Part shown: positions 1-15,149 of the stretch, in pieces
Position numbering within the stretch: position 1 is the stretch's first letter
How the letters are laid out: every line of letters begins with the position of its first letter
Assembly: GCF_009914755.1 (NCBI RefSeq)
Contig: NC_060945.1
Length of the DNA stretch: 64,000 nt
Source of the DNA: the human T2T-CHM13v2.0 reference genome, Homo sapiens
Strand: one strand, 5' to 3'
Program-made: the position numbers and the translations under genes
The notes under the pieces: generated by a model
Databases searched by the model: none
What the model saw: only the letters and a program-made list of their open reading frames with translations
Told to the model about the DNA's origin: nothing

Positions 1-200
1 GAGTTACAAGAGGAACAAGTTAAACATCATGAGTAAACAACTAAACAAATAAAGAATGTGCCTTATTCTAGAAGGCAACTGGTCTAATTTTTTCAGCAAG
101 CCAATGGCATATAAAGGCAGAGCTGTTCTGAATTTGAAGAGACTTAAAATGTATAACAACTAAATGCAATGTGTGGAACTTATTTGAATCGTGAGTTTAA
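1..200 (+). mobile_element. Old L1M (L1MC/ME-type) 3' UTR fragment; continues at about 2945-3530
   Basis: Motifs 'gagacttaaaatgtataacaactaaatgcaatgtgtgg' resemble old L1MC/ME 3' ends. The match is interrupted by the L1MC1-like element. Confidence 0.5.
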
Positions 201-204
201 AAAC

Positions 205-2935
<2,731 letters not shown>

Positions 2936-3014
2936 GTAAACACAACTAAAACAACTTTTTAAAATAATTAGGAATTTTTAACTACTTCATTAGGGATGTA
3001 AAGAAAATATTAAT

Positions 3015-3290
3015 GTTACCAGCAAACTGTCACAAGGACAAAAATCAAACACCGCATGTTCTCACTCAGAGGTGGGAATTGAACAATGGGAACACTTGGA
3101 CAGAGGAAGGGGAACATCACACACCGGGGCGTGTCATGGGGTGGGGGGAGGGAGGAGGGATGGCATTAAGAGATATACCTAATGTAAATGATGAGTTAAT
3201 GGGTGCAGCACACCAAAATGACACATGCATACATTTGTAACAAACCTGCACATTGTGCACATGTACCCTAGAACTTAAAGTATAATAAAA
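3015..3290 (+). mobile_element. 5'-truncated L1PA (about PA4/PA5) 3' end
   Basis: L1PA 3' UTR with G-rich tract and 'gtaccctagaacttaaagtataataaaa'. Perfect 15-bp TSD 'aaagaaaatattaat' at 3000-3014 and 3291-3305. Confidence 0.95.
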
Positions 3291-3539
3291 AAAGAAAATA
3301 TTAATATTGCTATTATAATAAGAAAATGCCCTTAGTTTTAGAGATGCATAATGAACTATCTCGAAATATGAAATATCACAATATTTGTGATTTATTTTTA
3401 ATATTTCAGAAAAATGATGGTCAAGCATTTCAAAATGCTAATGAGTGTTAAAACAAGGTAGTAAATAAAAAGGAGCATGGTATTCTATTTTTCTGCTAAT
3501 TAAAAGTTTTATAATGAAAAGTTTATAAAGCATAGCAAA

Positions 3540-4190
3540 AGGAGAGGGCATTCATGAACGAGATAAAATGAGCAACAAGTCATGAGTGGGACTATTCACG
3601 TCCTAGCCACAGATTCATAAAACCTTTACTGAAGCTGAGGATTTGAGAAAAAGATTCACGAGAGCTAAACTGGAAAAGGTAGACATGAGCTATCATTACT
3701 GAAGACCTACATCTGTGAGGATTACATTTCCAAAAAAGACGATGGGGGAAGGTGAATCATCATGGAATTTTGAGCAGTGAGATTTTTCATTTGTTGGGTT
3801 GGCTTGGTTTAATTTTCTTAAAAAGATTAAATAGCTTATGGGTTAGTGAAATGAATCATGAAGAAAAAATACAAAGTAGGAGAAGAATTAAGAGATTGCT
3901 CAAAGGACCTAGTATGTATTTATTGAAGCAGAGGCTAGGGAAATATGAATCAAGAGAAGAATGGAAAGACATCAAAGATAAATTAATGGGGCTCAGACAT
4001 GAGAAGGCATGGGGATAACAAATAAAATGTGGCCATAAATTATTTTGAGATTTCAAGCCATTAACCATTGGAGAAAGAAGGGAGAAGGGTGAGGTCAATT
4101 GTCTGCAGCAAGATCTGGTGCCCATAAATAATGAATCTGATTGTAGACAAATGTGAATGTCCTACTGAACAGGGATTCACTATCAGCCAC
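3540..4190 (-). mobile_element. Degenerate L2 fragment
   Basis: Purine-rich sequence with L2-like motifs ('ggaattttgagcagtga', 'gaatctgattgtagacaaatgtgaatgtcc'). Confidence 0.45.
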
Positions 4191-7100
4191 TTGGCTTTGA
4201 AAATTCTGAAAAAGCCTTCAGTTTTGAAACTCTAAAAAGCATTTTACTCTACTCCCTTTTAATCAAACTTTATGTCAACAAGTAGTATTCAATTCCCTTA
4301 TTGTCTGTCATTGTCCTGTAACTTAGATAAAACTGAGAAATATGTGATAAACCATAAAAAGTAATTTTAATTTGAATATGATTGACCAAACATAAAAATC
4401 CCTTACTGAGCAATCATAACTTATTCTTTCTGGAATTTCAAGTGATTTGAATATCCTCTACAATTGTCCTTTTGAATTTTTTAATATTGTACTTATTTGA
4501 TTAATATACTTACTTCTCTTTATATATTTACTAGCTATACCATGCTCCAATCTGGACCAAAAAGATAAATAGGGCATAACCAAGTCTTTTGCATTTCAGA
4601 GGCAGACATATAAAGAAATGATTGCACATGTGTGTGTTAGTTTTCAAAGAGTGGTGTACATAGTGAAAAACAATTAAAAATTGCTTTATGGGATGTTACG
4701 GTAGGCATTATAGGGGCCTGGCTTTTAAAATATTAGAGGATCTTCTGGCATATAAAGCCTTTAAGAACACTCTAGTCTAATGGTATTCCCTATTTTTGTG
4801 TTTTTAGCATACATATCAACTCGGTAGTCCCTCTAACAGACATGATGAGGATCAAGAGATAGCCTCCATTAAGATCATTATAAACATGTCATATAAATTA
4901 AACTTTATCGACTTATATGTGAAGGTTATGTGGTACACAGTGCTATGGTACATACTTATTGAGAACTCATCCTATCCAGAAAGGCAAATTAGTTATCAGA
5001 ACATTAGGAGAGTTCAATATTAAAACTTTGTAAAAAGGAGAGTTATCCAATTAAACTATGAAGTTAGAAATGTCTTCCCAGAGGAAGTAACCAGTCAAAT
5101 TATAGATGCATATGGCTCCAGGTATTTGGACAAAGATAGAGAAGGCACTTTGGCCAAAGAGAAAAGCCCATTGTAGGTAGGAAATAGTATAATGCTAGAA
5201 AAATTTAAAGTAACTCACTATGGTTACAACAGATGAATGGAATGGAATAGGAGCAGCAGCAGTGGTAGCTGAGCTGGCACAGATTTTTTTTAAAAAGCAG
5301 CAATATAAGCATAAAAAATGGTGCACAGGACAAGCATCATGAAAAGAACACTGAAATCAATGGAGATGCCTAGTCTGGTTTGTGGGAAAAGAAGAAAGAA
5401 AAACAGGGGTGGCTACCACACATACTCACCACATCAGTATGTTTCTATTTCCACTCTTTCACAGCTTCTGAATTTTAGAATCCAAGTATGGACATCGGTT
5501 AACTTATTATTTAATAGTTTTCTGTGTTAACAAAATGATTTTTTATTTTATACTAAAAGTTATAGTCTTTCCTTGAAGAATTTTAATTGTAAGTGTGGCA
5601 TACTCAGTTTTGCATTTTAAAAGAACACTATAACTGCTTGTATGTGTTTATGTGGTGTTATGGTAGACAATACCATAGCTCACAATCTATTTCAATAATC
5701 TACCATAAGGTGACAATAAAAACTAAGCTAATGTCTTTGAGGACATAGAATTTATTGGACTTGAATGACAGTGCATTCTCTCATTTAGGTAATATAGGTG
5801 AAGAAAGTGCTAATTTGAGAGTATTTGGGAGACAGAAAAATGCTGAGATGGAAAGTTAACTTTTGAATACATTGAGTTTGAAGTACTTATATATCTAAAT
5901 AGATTTATCAAGAAAGCATTTCCAAGTGATGTCAGCAGGAATGGCAGAATATGGAACTCTGAAAATCTATCCTAAAAAAAATTAAGACATTTTTATATAA
6001 TCATAAACTGAAAGAATCTATAGTTAGCATACCTTCTCTACCAAAAACAAAAACAGAAAAAGACTAAAGAGAGTACTTTAGGCTGCAATAAAAGGACACT
6101 AGATAGTAACTCAAATTCGTATGAAGAAATGAAGAGCACGAGTAAAGGTGACTACACAGGCAAATTAAAAGGCAGTAAAAATGTAAGAGAAATTAGAAAT
6201 ACTTTGATATGAATGAAAACTAAAACACAAAATACCAAAACTTTTGACATGCAGCTAAAACAGTACATAGAGGAAAAGTTATATGTATATAAATACCTAT
6301 ACTTTAAAAATAAAGATATTAAATCAATAATCTAACATTCTAACTTAAGAAAGTAGAAAAGACAACAAGAACTAAATCCACAACTAGCATAAAAAAGGAA
6401 ATCATTATTCGAGTGGAAATAAGTGGAGGACAGTAAATTAATAGAGAAAATCAACAAAACCAAAGTTGATTGTTTCAAAAAAATCAACAAAATGGACAAA
6501 CTTTCAGCTAGACAAACCAAGAAAAAAAAGATTCGAATTACTGAAATAAAAAGTTATTAAGATTGCACATGAAGGGAACGTCACTGACTTACAGAAATAA
6601 AAGGGATTATAAGGGAATATCATAAACAACTTTACATCAACAAATTATATAACTCGTATAAAATAGCTCAATCCCTTGATTGACACAAACTACTGAAATT
6701 AAGTCAAGGAGAAATAGAAATTTGTTTTGATGTATAATAGGTAAATAGATTTAATTAGAAATTTTAAAATTTCCCCCCAAAAAAGCCCAGACTCAGATGG
6801 CTTCACTGTTGAATTCTACCAAATATTTACAGAAGCATTAGCATCAATCTACACAAACTCTTCCAAAAGTTAGAAGACAGAACATTTCCCAGCTCATTCC
6901 ATGAGTCTAGTATAACTCTAATACCAAGACTGGGCAAAAACAGTAGAAAAAAAAGAAACCTAAGACTAATAAGTCTCATGAACTTAGACGAAAAACGGGT
7001 CAACAAATACTAGCAATCCAATTCCACCAATAATATATAAATAACATTTTACACTGTGAACTTTACACAAGTGGGATTTATCACATAAATCTGAGGTTGA

Positions 7101-7277
7101 TTCAACAAATAAAATCAAAGAATGTAATACAGCATGTAAATAGGACAAAGGGCAAAAAAAAAAAAAACCCATATGATCATCTCAATAGATGCATAAAAAA
7201 CTCTTGGCAAAAATTCAACACACTTTCATAATAAATTACATTCAACCAAAAAGAAATGGAAGAAAACTTTACAACTT

Positions 7278-7385
7278 GGCCGGGCGCGGTGGCTCACAGC
7301 TCTCAGTGGAGCTGAGATCGCGCCACTGCACTCCAGTCTGGGCGACAGAGCGAGACTCAAAATCAAAAAAAAAAAAAAAAGAAAA
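7278..7385 (+). mobile_element. Young Alu with about 200 bp of internal deletion
   Basis: Intact 5' 'ggccgggcgcggtggctcac' joined to the 3' end 'gagatcgcgccactgcactccag...gagcgagactc' and poly-A. Perfect 18-bp TSD 'aagaaaactttacaactt' at 7260-7277 and 7386-7403. Confidence 0.93.
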
Positions 7386-7881
7386 AAGAAAACTTTACAA
7401 CTTGATAATGAGTAGCTATAAAATACCCCACAGCTAACATCAAAGTTAATGTTAAAGCTTTCCCTGTAAGGTCAGGAATAAGATAAAGATGTTCAATTTT
7501 GCCACTTCTATTCAACAAACTACTAGAGATCATAACAAGGGCAATTAGACATAAAACTAAATACAAAGGCACCCAAATTTGGAAAAAAGAGAACTGTCTC
7601 TATTTGTATTAGACATTCTCTTTTATGCAGAAAATTCTAAGAAATATACATACACACACAATTAGAACTGATAAATGAATTCAGTAACATTGCAGGACAC
7701 AAGACAAATACATAAAAATTAATTATTTCTACATACTTTCAGTCAACAATTTGAAAATGAAATTAAGTAAACTGCAATAGCACAAAAAAAGAGTAACATA
7801 CAGATTTTCTTTTTAAAAAAAAGAGTGTAAGACTCACACACTGCGAACTACAAAATATTGCTGAAAGAAATTACAGAAGAT

Positions 7882-8720
7882 TTGTATCATTTATTTGGGT
7901 TGGTAATATTAAAAATCCTCTCTTCTAGGTATCTGAAAAAAATACAATAAATTATTGTTTACTATAGTCTCCCGACAGTGCTATAAAACACTAGAACTTA
8001 TTCTTCCTATTTAGCTGTAACTTCGTATTCACCAACCAATCTCTTCCTATCCCTCCTTCTCAGTCTCTAGTAACCACTATTCTACTCCTTACTTCTACTA
8101 GATCAAATTCTTCAACTCCCACGTATAAGTGAGAACATGCAGCATTTATCTTTCTGTTCCTTACTTATTTCTCATAACATAATGTCCTTCAGGCTCATTG
8201 ATGTTGCTGTGAATGACCGAATTTTATTATTTTTATGGCTAAATAGTATTTTATTGGGTATATATGTGCCAAATTGTCGTTATCCATACATCTGTTGATG
8301 GACTCTTAGGTTTATTCTATATCTTGGCTATTGTGAATAATGCTGCAATAAACATGGAAGTGCACACATCTCTTCAACCTACTGGTTCCTTTTCTTTGGA
8401 TATATACCCACTAGAGGAATTGCTGGATCATACAGTAGTTCTACTTTTAGCTTTTTGAAGAACCTCTGTACTGTTTTACATAATGACTCTAACAATTTAC
8501 ATTCCCATCAGCAGTATATGAGTTTCCTTTTCTTCACATCCTCACCAGCATTTTTTTAAATCATTTTAATAATAGGGAAAGATGACCATCAGGATTGAGG
8601 TGATGGATATGATAATTACCCAGATTTGATTATTACATGTTGCATGCGTTGATCAAAATATCACACTGTATACCGTAAATATGTACAATTATTACATCTC
8701 AACTAAATATATACATTAAA
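7882..8720 (+). mobile_element. 5'-inverted (twin-primed) L1MA (about MA4/5): antisense 7882-8573, sense about 8595-8720
   Basis: The outer end of the antisense piece (rc 'aaatgatacaa') is contiguous in the L1MA 3' consensus with the sense piece 'ttgaggtgatggatatg...aatatgtacaattatt'. Host 'gaagat' appears at both ends. Confidence 0.8.
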
Positions 8721-8947
8721 AATATGGAAGATCTAAATAAATACAAAAATTCCATGTCATGAAGTGGAAGAAAATATTGTTAAAATGGCAATACTTCTCA
8801 AATTGATCTGCAGATTTAACACAATCTCTATCAAAATTCCAGATGTGCATATTATAGAAATTCACAAATTGAATATAAAATTTACATGGAATTGAAAGGT
8901 ACCTGGCATAGCAAAAATAAAAATAAAACTTCAAAAGAAGTTGAAGT

Positions 8948-10107
8948 CTTGCTATTGTGAATAGTGCTGCAATAAACATACGTGTGCATGTGTCTTTATA
9001 GCAGCATGATTTATAATCCTGCGGGTATATACCCAGTACTGGGATGGCTGGGTCAAATGGTATTTCTAGTTCTAGATCTTTGAGGAATTGCCACACTGTC
9101 TTCCACAATGGTTGAACTAGTTTACAGTCCCATCAACGGTGTAAAGGTGTTCCTATTTCTCCACATCCTCTCCAGCACCTGTTGTTTCCTTTTTAATGAT
9201 TGCCATTCTAACTGGTGTGAGATGGTATCTCATTGTGGTTTTGATTTGCATTTCTCTGATGGCCAGTGATGATGAGCATTTTTTCATGTGTCTGTTGGCT
9301 GCATAAATGTCTTCTTTTGAGAAGTGTCTGTTCATATCCTTTGCCCACTTGTTGATGGGGTTGTTTTTTTCTTGTAAATTTGTTTGAGTTCTTTGTAGAT
9401 TCTGGATATTAGCCCTTTGTCAGATGAGTAGATTGCAAAAATTTTCTCCCGTTCTATAGGTTGCCTGTTCACTCTGATGATAGATTCTTTTTCTGTGCAG
9501 AAGCTCTTTAGTTTAATTAGATCCCATTTGTCAATTTTGGCTTTTGTTGCCATTGCTTTTGGTGTTTTAGACGTGAAGTCCTTGCCCATGCCTATGTCCT
9601 GAATGGTATTGCCTAGGTTTTCTTCTAGGGTTTTTATGATTTTAGGTCTAACATTTAAGTCTTTAATCCATCTTGAATTAATTTCCCAAATGTCCATCAA
9701 TGATAGACTGGATTAAGAAAATGTGGCACATATACACCTTGGAATACTATGCAGTCATAAAAAAGGATGAGTTCATGTCTTTTGTAGGGACATAGATGAA
9801 GCTGGAAACTATCATTCTTAGCAAACTATAGCAAGGACAAAAAACCTAACACCACATGTTCTCACTCAGAGGTGGGAACAGAACAATGAGAACACTTGGA
9901 CACAGGCAGGGGAACATCACACACCAGGGCCTGTTGAGGGGTGGGGGGAGGGGGGAGGGATAGCACGAGGAGATATACCTAATGTAAATGACAACTTTAT
10001 GAGTGCAGCACACCAACATGGCACATGTGTACATACGTAACAAACCTGCACATTGTGCACATGTACCCTAGAACTTAAAGTATAATAAAAAAATAAAATA
10101 AAAAAAT
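8948..10107 (+). mobile_element. 5'-inverted (twin-primed) L1PA4/5: antisense 8948-9684, sense 9685-10107
   Basis: TSD 'aaaagaagtt(g/a)aagt' at 8933-8947 and 10108-10122. ORF2 C-terminal peptides on the minus strand (ORFs 8716-9700). The sense part starts at 'cccaaatgtccatcaatgatag' and ends in poly-A. Confidence 0.93.
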
Positions 10108-10445
10108 AAAAGAAGTTAAAGTACTTATACTTCCTTATTCAAAGACTTACCACAAAGCCCCATTAACTATGTGATACTGACATAAGGATAGACATATCAA
10201 TCAGTGGAATAAGGGAAAGTGCCCAGAAACAAACCCTTACATTTATTATCAATTGATTTTTGACAAGAGTGTCAGGACCAATCAATGGGAAAGAATAGGC
10301 TTTTCAACAAATGGTGCTGAAACAACTGGGTAATCATATGCAAATAGGTGGAGTTGGTGTCTATCTCACATCTCACGCCATATGCAAGAATTAACTCAAA
10401 TTTTACCAAAAACCTAAATGTTAGAGCTAAAGTTATAAAACTCCT

Positions 10446-10799
10446 TATATTAGTTGTTCTCACACTGCTAATAAAGACATACTCAAGACTGGGTAATTTA
10501 TAAAGCAAAGAGATTTAATGGACTCACAATTCCATACAGCTGGGGAAGCCTCACAACCATGGCCAAAGGCAAAGGAGGAGCAAAGTGAAGTCTTACATGG
10601 TGGCAGGCGAGAGACAGAGAGCATTTGCAGGGGAAGCCCACCTTTTAAAACCATTAGATCTCATGAGACTTATTCACTATCATGAGAACAGCATGGGAAA
10701 AACCTGCCCTCATGATTCAGTTACCTCCCACCACATCCCTCCCACAACATGTGGAGCTACAATTTGAAATTTCGGTGTGGACACAGCCAAACCATATCA
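10446..10799 (-). mobile_element. THE1C/D-like solo LTR (ERVL-MaLR)
   Basis: 'tattagt..ctgctaataaagacatac..gactgggtaatttataaag' through 'gacacagccaaaccatatca'. Confidence 0.88.
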
Positions 10800-11830
10800 T
10801 TCTTTAAAGAAAACACAGGTGTAAATGTTGATGGCCTGGGAGTTGCCAGTCATTCCTTAGATAGGACAGCAAAGGTACAAGCCACAAAATAAAAAGTAAA
10901 TAAATTGCACTTTATTAAAATTAAAAGCTTTTCTGCTTTAAAGGACCCTATCAACAGAGGGAAAAACAAACAATAGTAAGGTTCCAGAAAGTATCTGCCT
11001 TTCATATATTCTATAAGGAATTTGTAATATAAAATACTCTTACAACTCAAAAATGAACAATATTAAATAGTAGACAAAGGATTTGAACAGACAGTTATTC
11101 AAAGAAGATCTTCACATGGTTAATAAACACATTTAAAAAGCTGCACAACATTATTAGCCCTTAATGAAATACAAATCAAAATCACAATGAGAAAACACTT
11201 CGCATCCAGTAGGACGTGTATAATCAAAATGACAAAGAATAACAAGTATTGGCAAGGATGTGGAGAAATTCAAGGCTTATACATTATTGGTGGGAATAAA
11301 GAATGGTAAAACCACTTAGAGAAACAGTTTGACTGCTCCTCAAAAAATTAACTAAAGAGTTTCCATATGACCCACGATTCCACTCTTAAAGACTTTCACC
11401 CAAAAGAATTGTAAACATATGTCCACACAAAATATTACGTATGAATGTTTGCAGCAGCTTTATTTATAATAGCCAAAAGTAGAAATCATCCAAATGTCCA
11501 TCAATTCATAAATGGATAAACAAAAGTGACAAATTCATATAAGGGAATATTATTAAACCACAAAAAATAATGAAGTACCGATATGTGCTACCATGTGGAT
11601 GAGCAGCAAAAACATGCTAAGTTAAGGAAGCAAGATATAAAATGCCACCTGTTACACAGTTCCATTGCTATGAAATGTCCAAATACTTAGAGACAGAAAA
11701 TAAATTTGTAATGACTAAGGACTGGAGGAAAGTGGGAGTGCAGCATGACTGCTAACAAGTACAGGGTTTCTTTGGCAACTGATGAAAATATTTTAATATT
11801 AGATAGTGGTTATGTTTTAACACCCCTGCA

Positions 11831-12217
11831 TGTATTAGTCCATTTTCACACAGCTATAAAGAACTATCTGAGACTGGGTAATTTATGAAGAAAAGAGGTT
11901 TAATGGACTCACAGTTCTGTAGGCTGTACAGGAAGCATACTTGGGAGGCCTCAGGAAACTTATAATCGTGGTGGAAGGAAAAGGGTAAGCAAGCACATCT
12001 TTACTATGGCAGATCAGGAGAGAGAAAGAGCAAAGGGGGAAGTGCCACACACTTTTAAACCAACAGATCGTGGGAGAACTCATTCACTATTGTGGGAAAA
12101 GCAAAGGGGGTGCTCGCCTCCATGATTCCATCACCTCCCACTAGGCCACTCCTCTGCCACGTGGGGATTACAATTTGACTTGAGATTTAAGTAGGGACAC
12201 AGAGTCAAACCGTATCA
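11831..12217 (-). mobile_element. MSTA-like solo LTR (ERVL-MaLR)
   Basis: Runs from 'tgtattagtcc' to 'aaaccgtatca' with MSTA motif 'ggctgtacaggaagca..ggcctcaggaaactt'. TSD ctgca/ctgga. Confidence 0.88.
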
Positions 12218-12434
12218 CTGGATATACTAAAATTCACATATAAAGCGCACTGAATTGTGCACTTTAAAAGGCTGAATTTGATGGTGTGTGAATCATTTCA
12301 AGTTTTTAAAGCAATACCATGGGTAAGTTTGAAAAACAGGAAAAACACCGGACAGAAGATATAATTTTTTGGAGGAATCAGTGGATGATAAAAAGTTGAT
12401 AAATATGTCACTTTTTTGTAATATCCCTATTTAT

Positions 12435-12637
12435 TTGAGGGACGATTTTGCCCCCCCGGGGGCATTTGACAATGTCTGAAGACATGCTCAGTTGAAGCAA
12501 CTTGAGGGTGTTACTGGTATCTAATGGGAAAAGGCAAGAAATGCTGTCCTACATTTTACAATACACAGGACAGCCTCCCCAACAACAAAGAATTATCTAA
12601 CTTGCCATGCCTATAGTGCTGAGGTTGAGAAACTGTG
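12435..12637. mobile_element. MER20 (hAT-Charlie MITE)
   Basis: 'gattttgccccccc..ggcatttgacaatgtctg..gacagcctcccc..agtgctgaggttgagaaac'. Confidence 0.8.
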
Positions 12638-12879
12638 ACCAAGATATAGTGATTTGTACATACTTAAAATTCACCTAAATTTCTGTATTGTAAAATAGAA
12701 TTTACTTGATGATGTTAATATAAACAGCAGGGTCCAGAGAAAATTTAGAATAGTTTATTCACTAGCTAGTAAGTCTCATGGAGGAGAATGACAAGAACAC
12801 TGCTTATACTAATTTAGCTAAATTATTTGTAGGCCATAGGAGTATATATTACACATATAGAAGTCACTTTCCTCCCTCT

Positions 12880-13743
12880 ATGTGAGTTGTGCTAGACATG
12901 CTCCCTGTACCTCCAGAGATCCACCCTTTCCCCTTTCCTCCTTACATAATGTGTCTGGAAAGTCACCTTCACCCATCTTATCAAGGCCCCCTTGCTCTCT
13001 GGTTTCCCATTATGTTCAATTAATTGGAAAGACCAGCAGGAGAACTGGAGAGTCTGAGTACTTATGTCCCTGGTTCTCTCTCTGCAAGGACTCTGTTAGT
13101 TGGTGGTTGCATTTCTCTACCTAAGGAAACAGCATTTGGGGTGTCCACTCATCTTCACTGACAGATCTCACTAGATTCTGGAGACCACTCCCTTCCCTTG
13201 GAACCTCAGACATAGGCATGGTGGAGACTTCCTACAGTTCCTAGCCCTGAGTGCTTAATCATAGTTTATGGGTTTCTGCTGTGATCTGAATATGTGTCCT
13301 CCAAAATTCATATATTAAAATTTAATTGACAATGTGATCATCTTAAGAGGTGGGGCCTTTCAGAGGTGATTAGCTCATGAGGGCTTCATTTTTGTGAACC
13401 AGATTAATGCTCTTATTTTTAAAAAACAAGAGCAGGTCACACAGAGTTTGTCCATTTTTGCCCTTCCACCGTCCACCATATGTCAAGCCAAACACTGAAT
13501 TTGCTGGTGCATTGACCTTGGACTTTCCAGCCTCCAGAAACATGGAAGATAAATTGCTATTGTTTATAAATTACCCAGTTTGTGGTATGTTCTTATAGCA
13601 GCAGGTTTAGACCAAGACAGTTTCCTTAGATAGCCACCCTCCACCCCCCGGAAAAAAATTTGTATACAGTTATCTTTACAAAACTCTCTTCAAATGTCCC
13701 CTTTGAGCACATCATCTCCTCCTGGCCAAGCTTTTGAGTGACA
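12880..13743 (+). mobile_element. LTR33-like ERVL LTR, split by an MST/MLT1A LTR
   Basis: The 3' part 'aaactctcttcaaatgtcccctttgagcacatcatctc...gtgaca' resembles the LTR33 terminus. The 5' part is pyrimidine-rich and LTR-like. Confidence 0.5.
13277..13619 (+). mobile_element. MSTC/MLT1A-like solo LTR
   Basis: Runs from 'tgctgtgatctgaat' to 'ccaagaca'. Perfect 5-bp TSD 'gtttc' at 13272-13276 and 13620-13624. Confidence 0.88.
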
Positions 13744-13806
13744 TAGTAAAGCTTGTTTTTAATGATCCCACTATCTTTTTAAATTAATAATCCTATAGCC
13801 AGGACT

Positions 13807-15000
13807 GTGGTAGAATGTATTTTTCCAAAAGTGACTATGGCACCCCTATACCCAATGAGTATTCAAGTACCATGCCACCCTGAAATTTATACCTAAGCTT
13901 TGGCTGACTTTTGTTTAAGTCTTATAATTTCAAATCTTTATTTACAAGGTTTGGTTCTTTGTATATTACTCTGCAAAGTCTGTGTAACATCAACACTACA
14001 GGATATGCCACTGTTAAAGGTACATAGTTAATACTAGATTAATGCTTACAAGTTGATTCTTTAAAATTATTTGAGCTTATTTTTCTGGTAAAAGATAAAT
14101 CTCTTTAGAAAAATACATAATCCAATTAAATGGTATTAAAAATCAATGAAAACAAAGAAGATACAATTACCAATAATATCTTAGATTCTAATGGCTATTA
14201 TTTTCAAATTGTACCACATTTTCCTAAATATCTTCCCATGAATGCCTAATTAGGATTATTTTTGCTTACAAGTTATTTTTAAATTATTTTTCTTTGTGTC
14301 ATTTGTTTTATTGTTTTATTTATAATAAACTTTGTTATTTTTAGAATAACTTTAGGCTTATAGAAAACTTGCGAAGACAGTGTGGAGGTTCCTCAAATAT
14401 CTCACACCCTATTTCTTTTATTACCAACATCATCATAGTGGGTTGAATAGTGGCCCCAGAAAGATCCGTCCAAATCCTAATCTGTGGTACCTGTGTAAGT
14501 GATGTTATTTAGAAAGAAGATCTTTGCAGATGTAATTGTTAAGGATTTTAAGACAAGATCTTCCTGGATCTAGGGTGAGCCCTAAATCCACAGACACTTT
14601 TTCAACAGCCTCAACTAATAGAATGAGGCAAAACTGCCACTATAGGACTTCCAAGGCGAAGTCAGAAAAAGCAGTGTTGCTCATGCCTGCTGTCTCTCAG
14701 GATGCTCCTTTTTAGAATTCAGCCATCTCACACTGTGAGGAAGCCAGGCAGTAACTGAGACACCACGGGTCAGTGTTCCTGCTGACCACTGTAGTCTCAG
14801 CCCACAGCTTGCATCAACCACCATACATTCGGGTGAATGAATCCTCAGATAACTCCAAATCCAAGAGACTTTAAGCTACTCAAGCTGATTCCTACTGGAG
14901 TGAAGATGAGCTGTCACAGCTGAGCCAAATAAAGAATTGTTGTTCTTTATGCCAGTGAGTATGTGCTGGCTTGTCATGTAGCAAAACAAAATTGGAAAGA
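13807..15000 (+). mobile_element. MLT1G/H-like LTR in two pieces (about 13807-13910 and 14600-15000), separated by unique DNA, an L1MC 3' fragment (-, about 14310-14435) and an MLT1B/C 5' fragment (about 14437-14592)
   Basis: Start 'tgtggtagaatgtatttttccaaa'. Continuation 'aatagaatgaggcaaaa..gacttccaagg'. MLT1B/C motif 'tctttgcagatgtaatt..ccctaaatcca'. Confidence 0.6.
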
Positions 15001-15149
15001 GCACGTAATGTGTCTCTGTGCTAAGTACAAAAAGACCCCTTTCTCCAGGCTGATATAGTTTCATAGCTTGGCAAATGAAGTAGGGTCATTTCAAGCCCCA
15101 CTCACACCCTTGAATGGGTACCTTGATGAAGACACAACCTGCCCACTAT

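Larger units (their letters stand above)
5926..12310 (+). mobile_element. Old L1M (L1MB-type) skeleton: 5' UTR start, deleted ORF1, decayed ORF2 and 3' UTR; host of five younger insertions
   Basis: 'gatgtcagcaggaatggcagaata' resembles an L1M 5' end. Collinear ORF2 motifs ('cccagactcagatggcttcactgttgaattctaccaa', 'tcatctcaatagatgca'). L1MB 3' end 'tagatagtggt...cactgaattgtgcactttaaaa'. Confidence 0.8.

Noticed and set aside
8716-9700. ORFs with clear L1 ORF2p C-terminal similarity
   Set aside because: They are broken fragments of a truncated, inverted L1 and not a gene.
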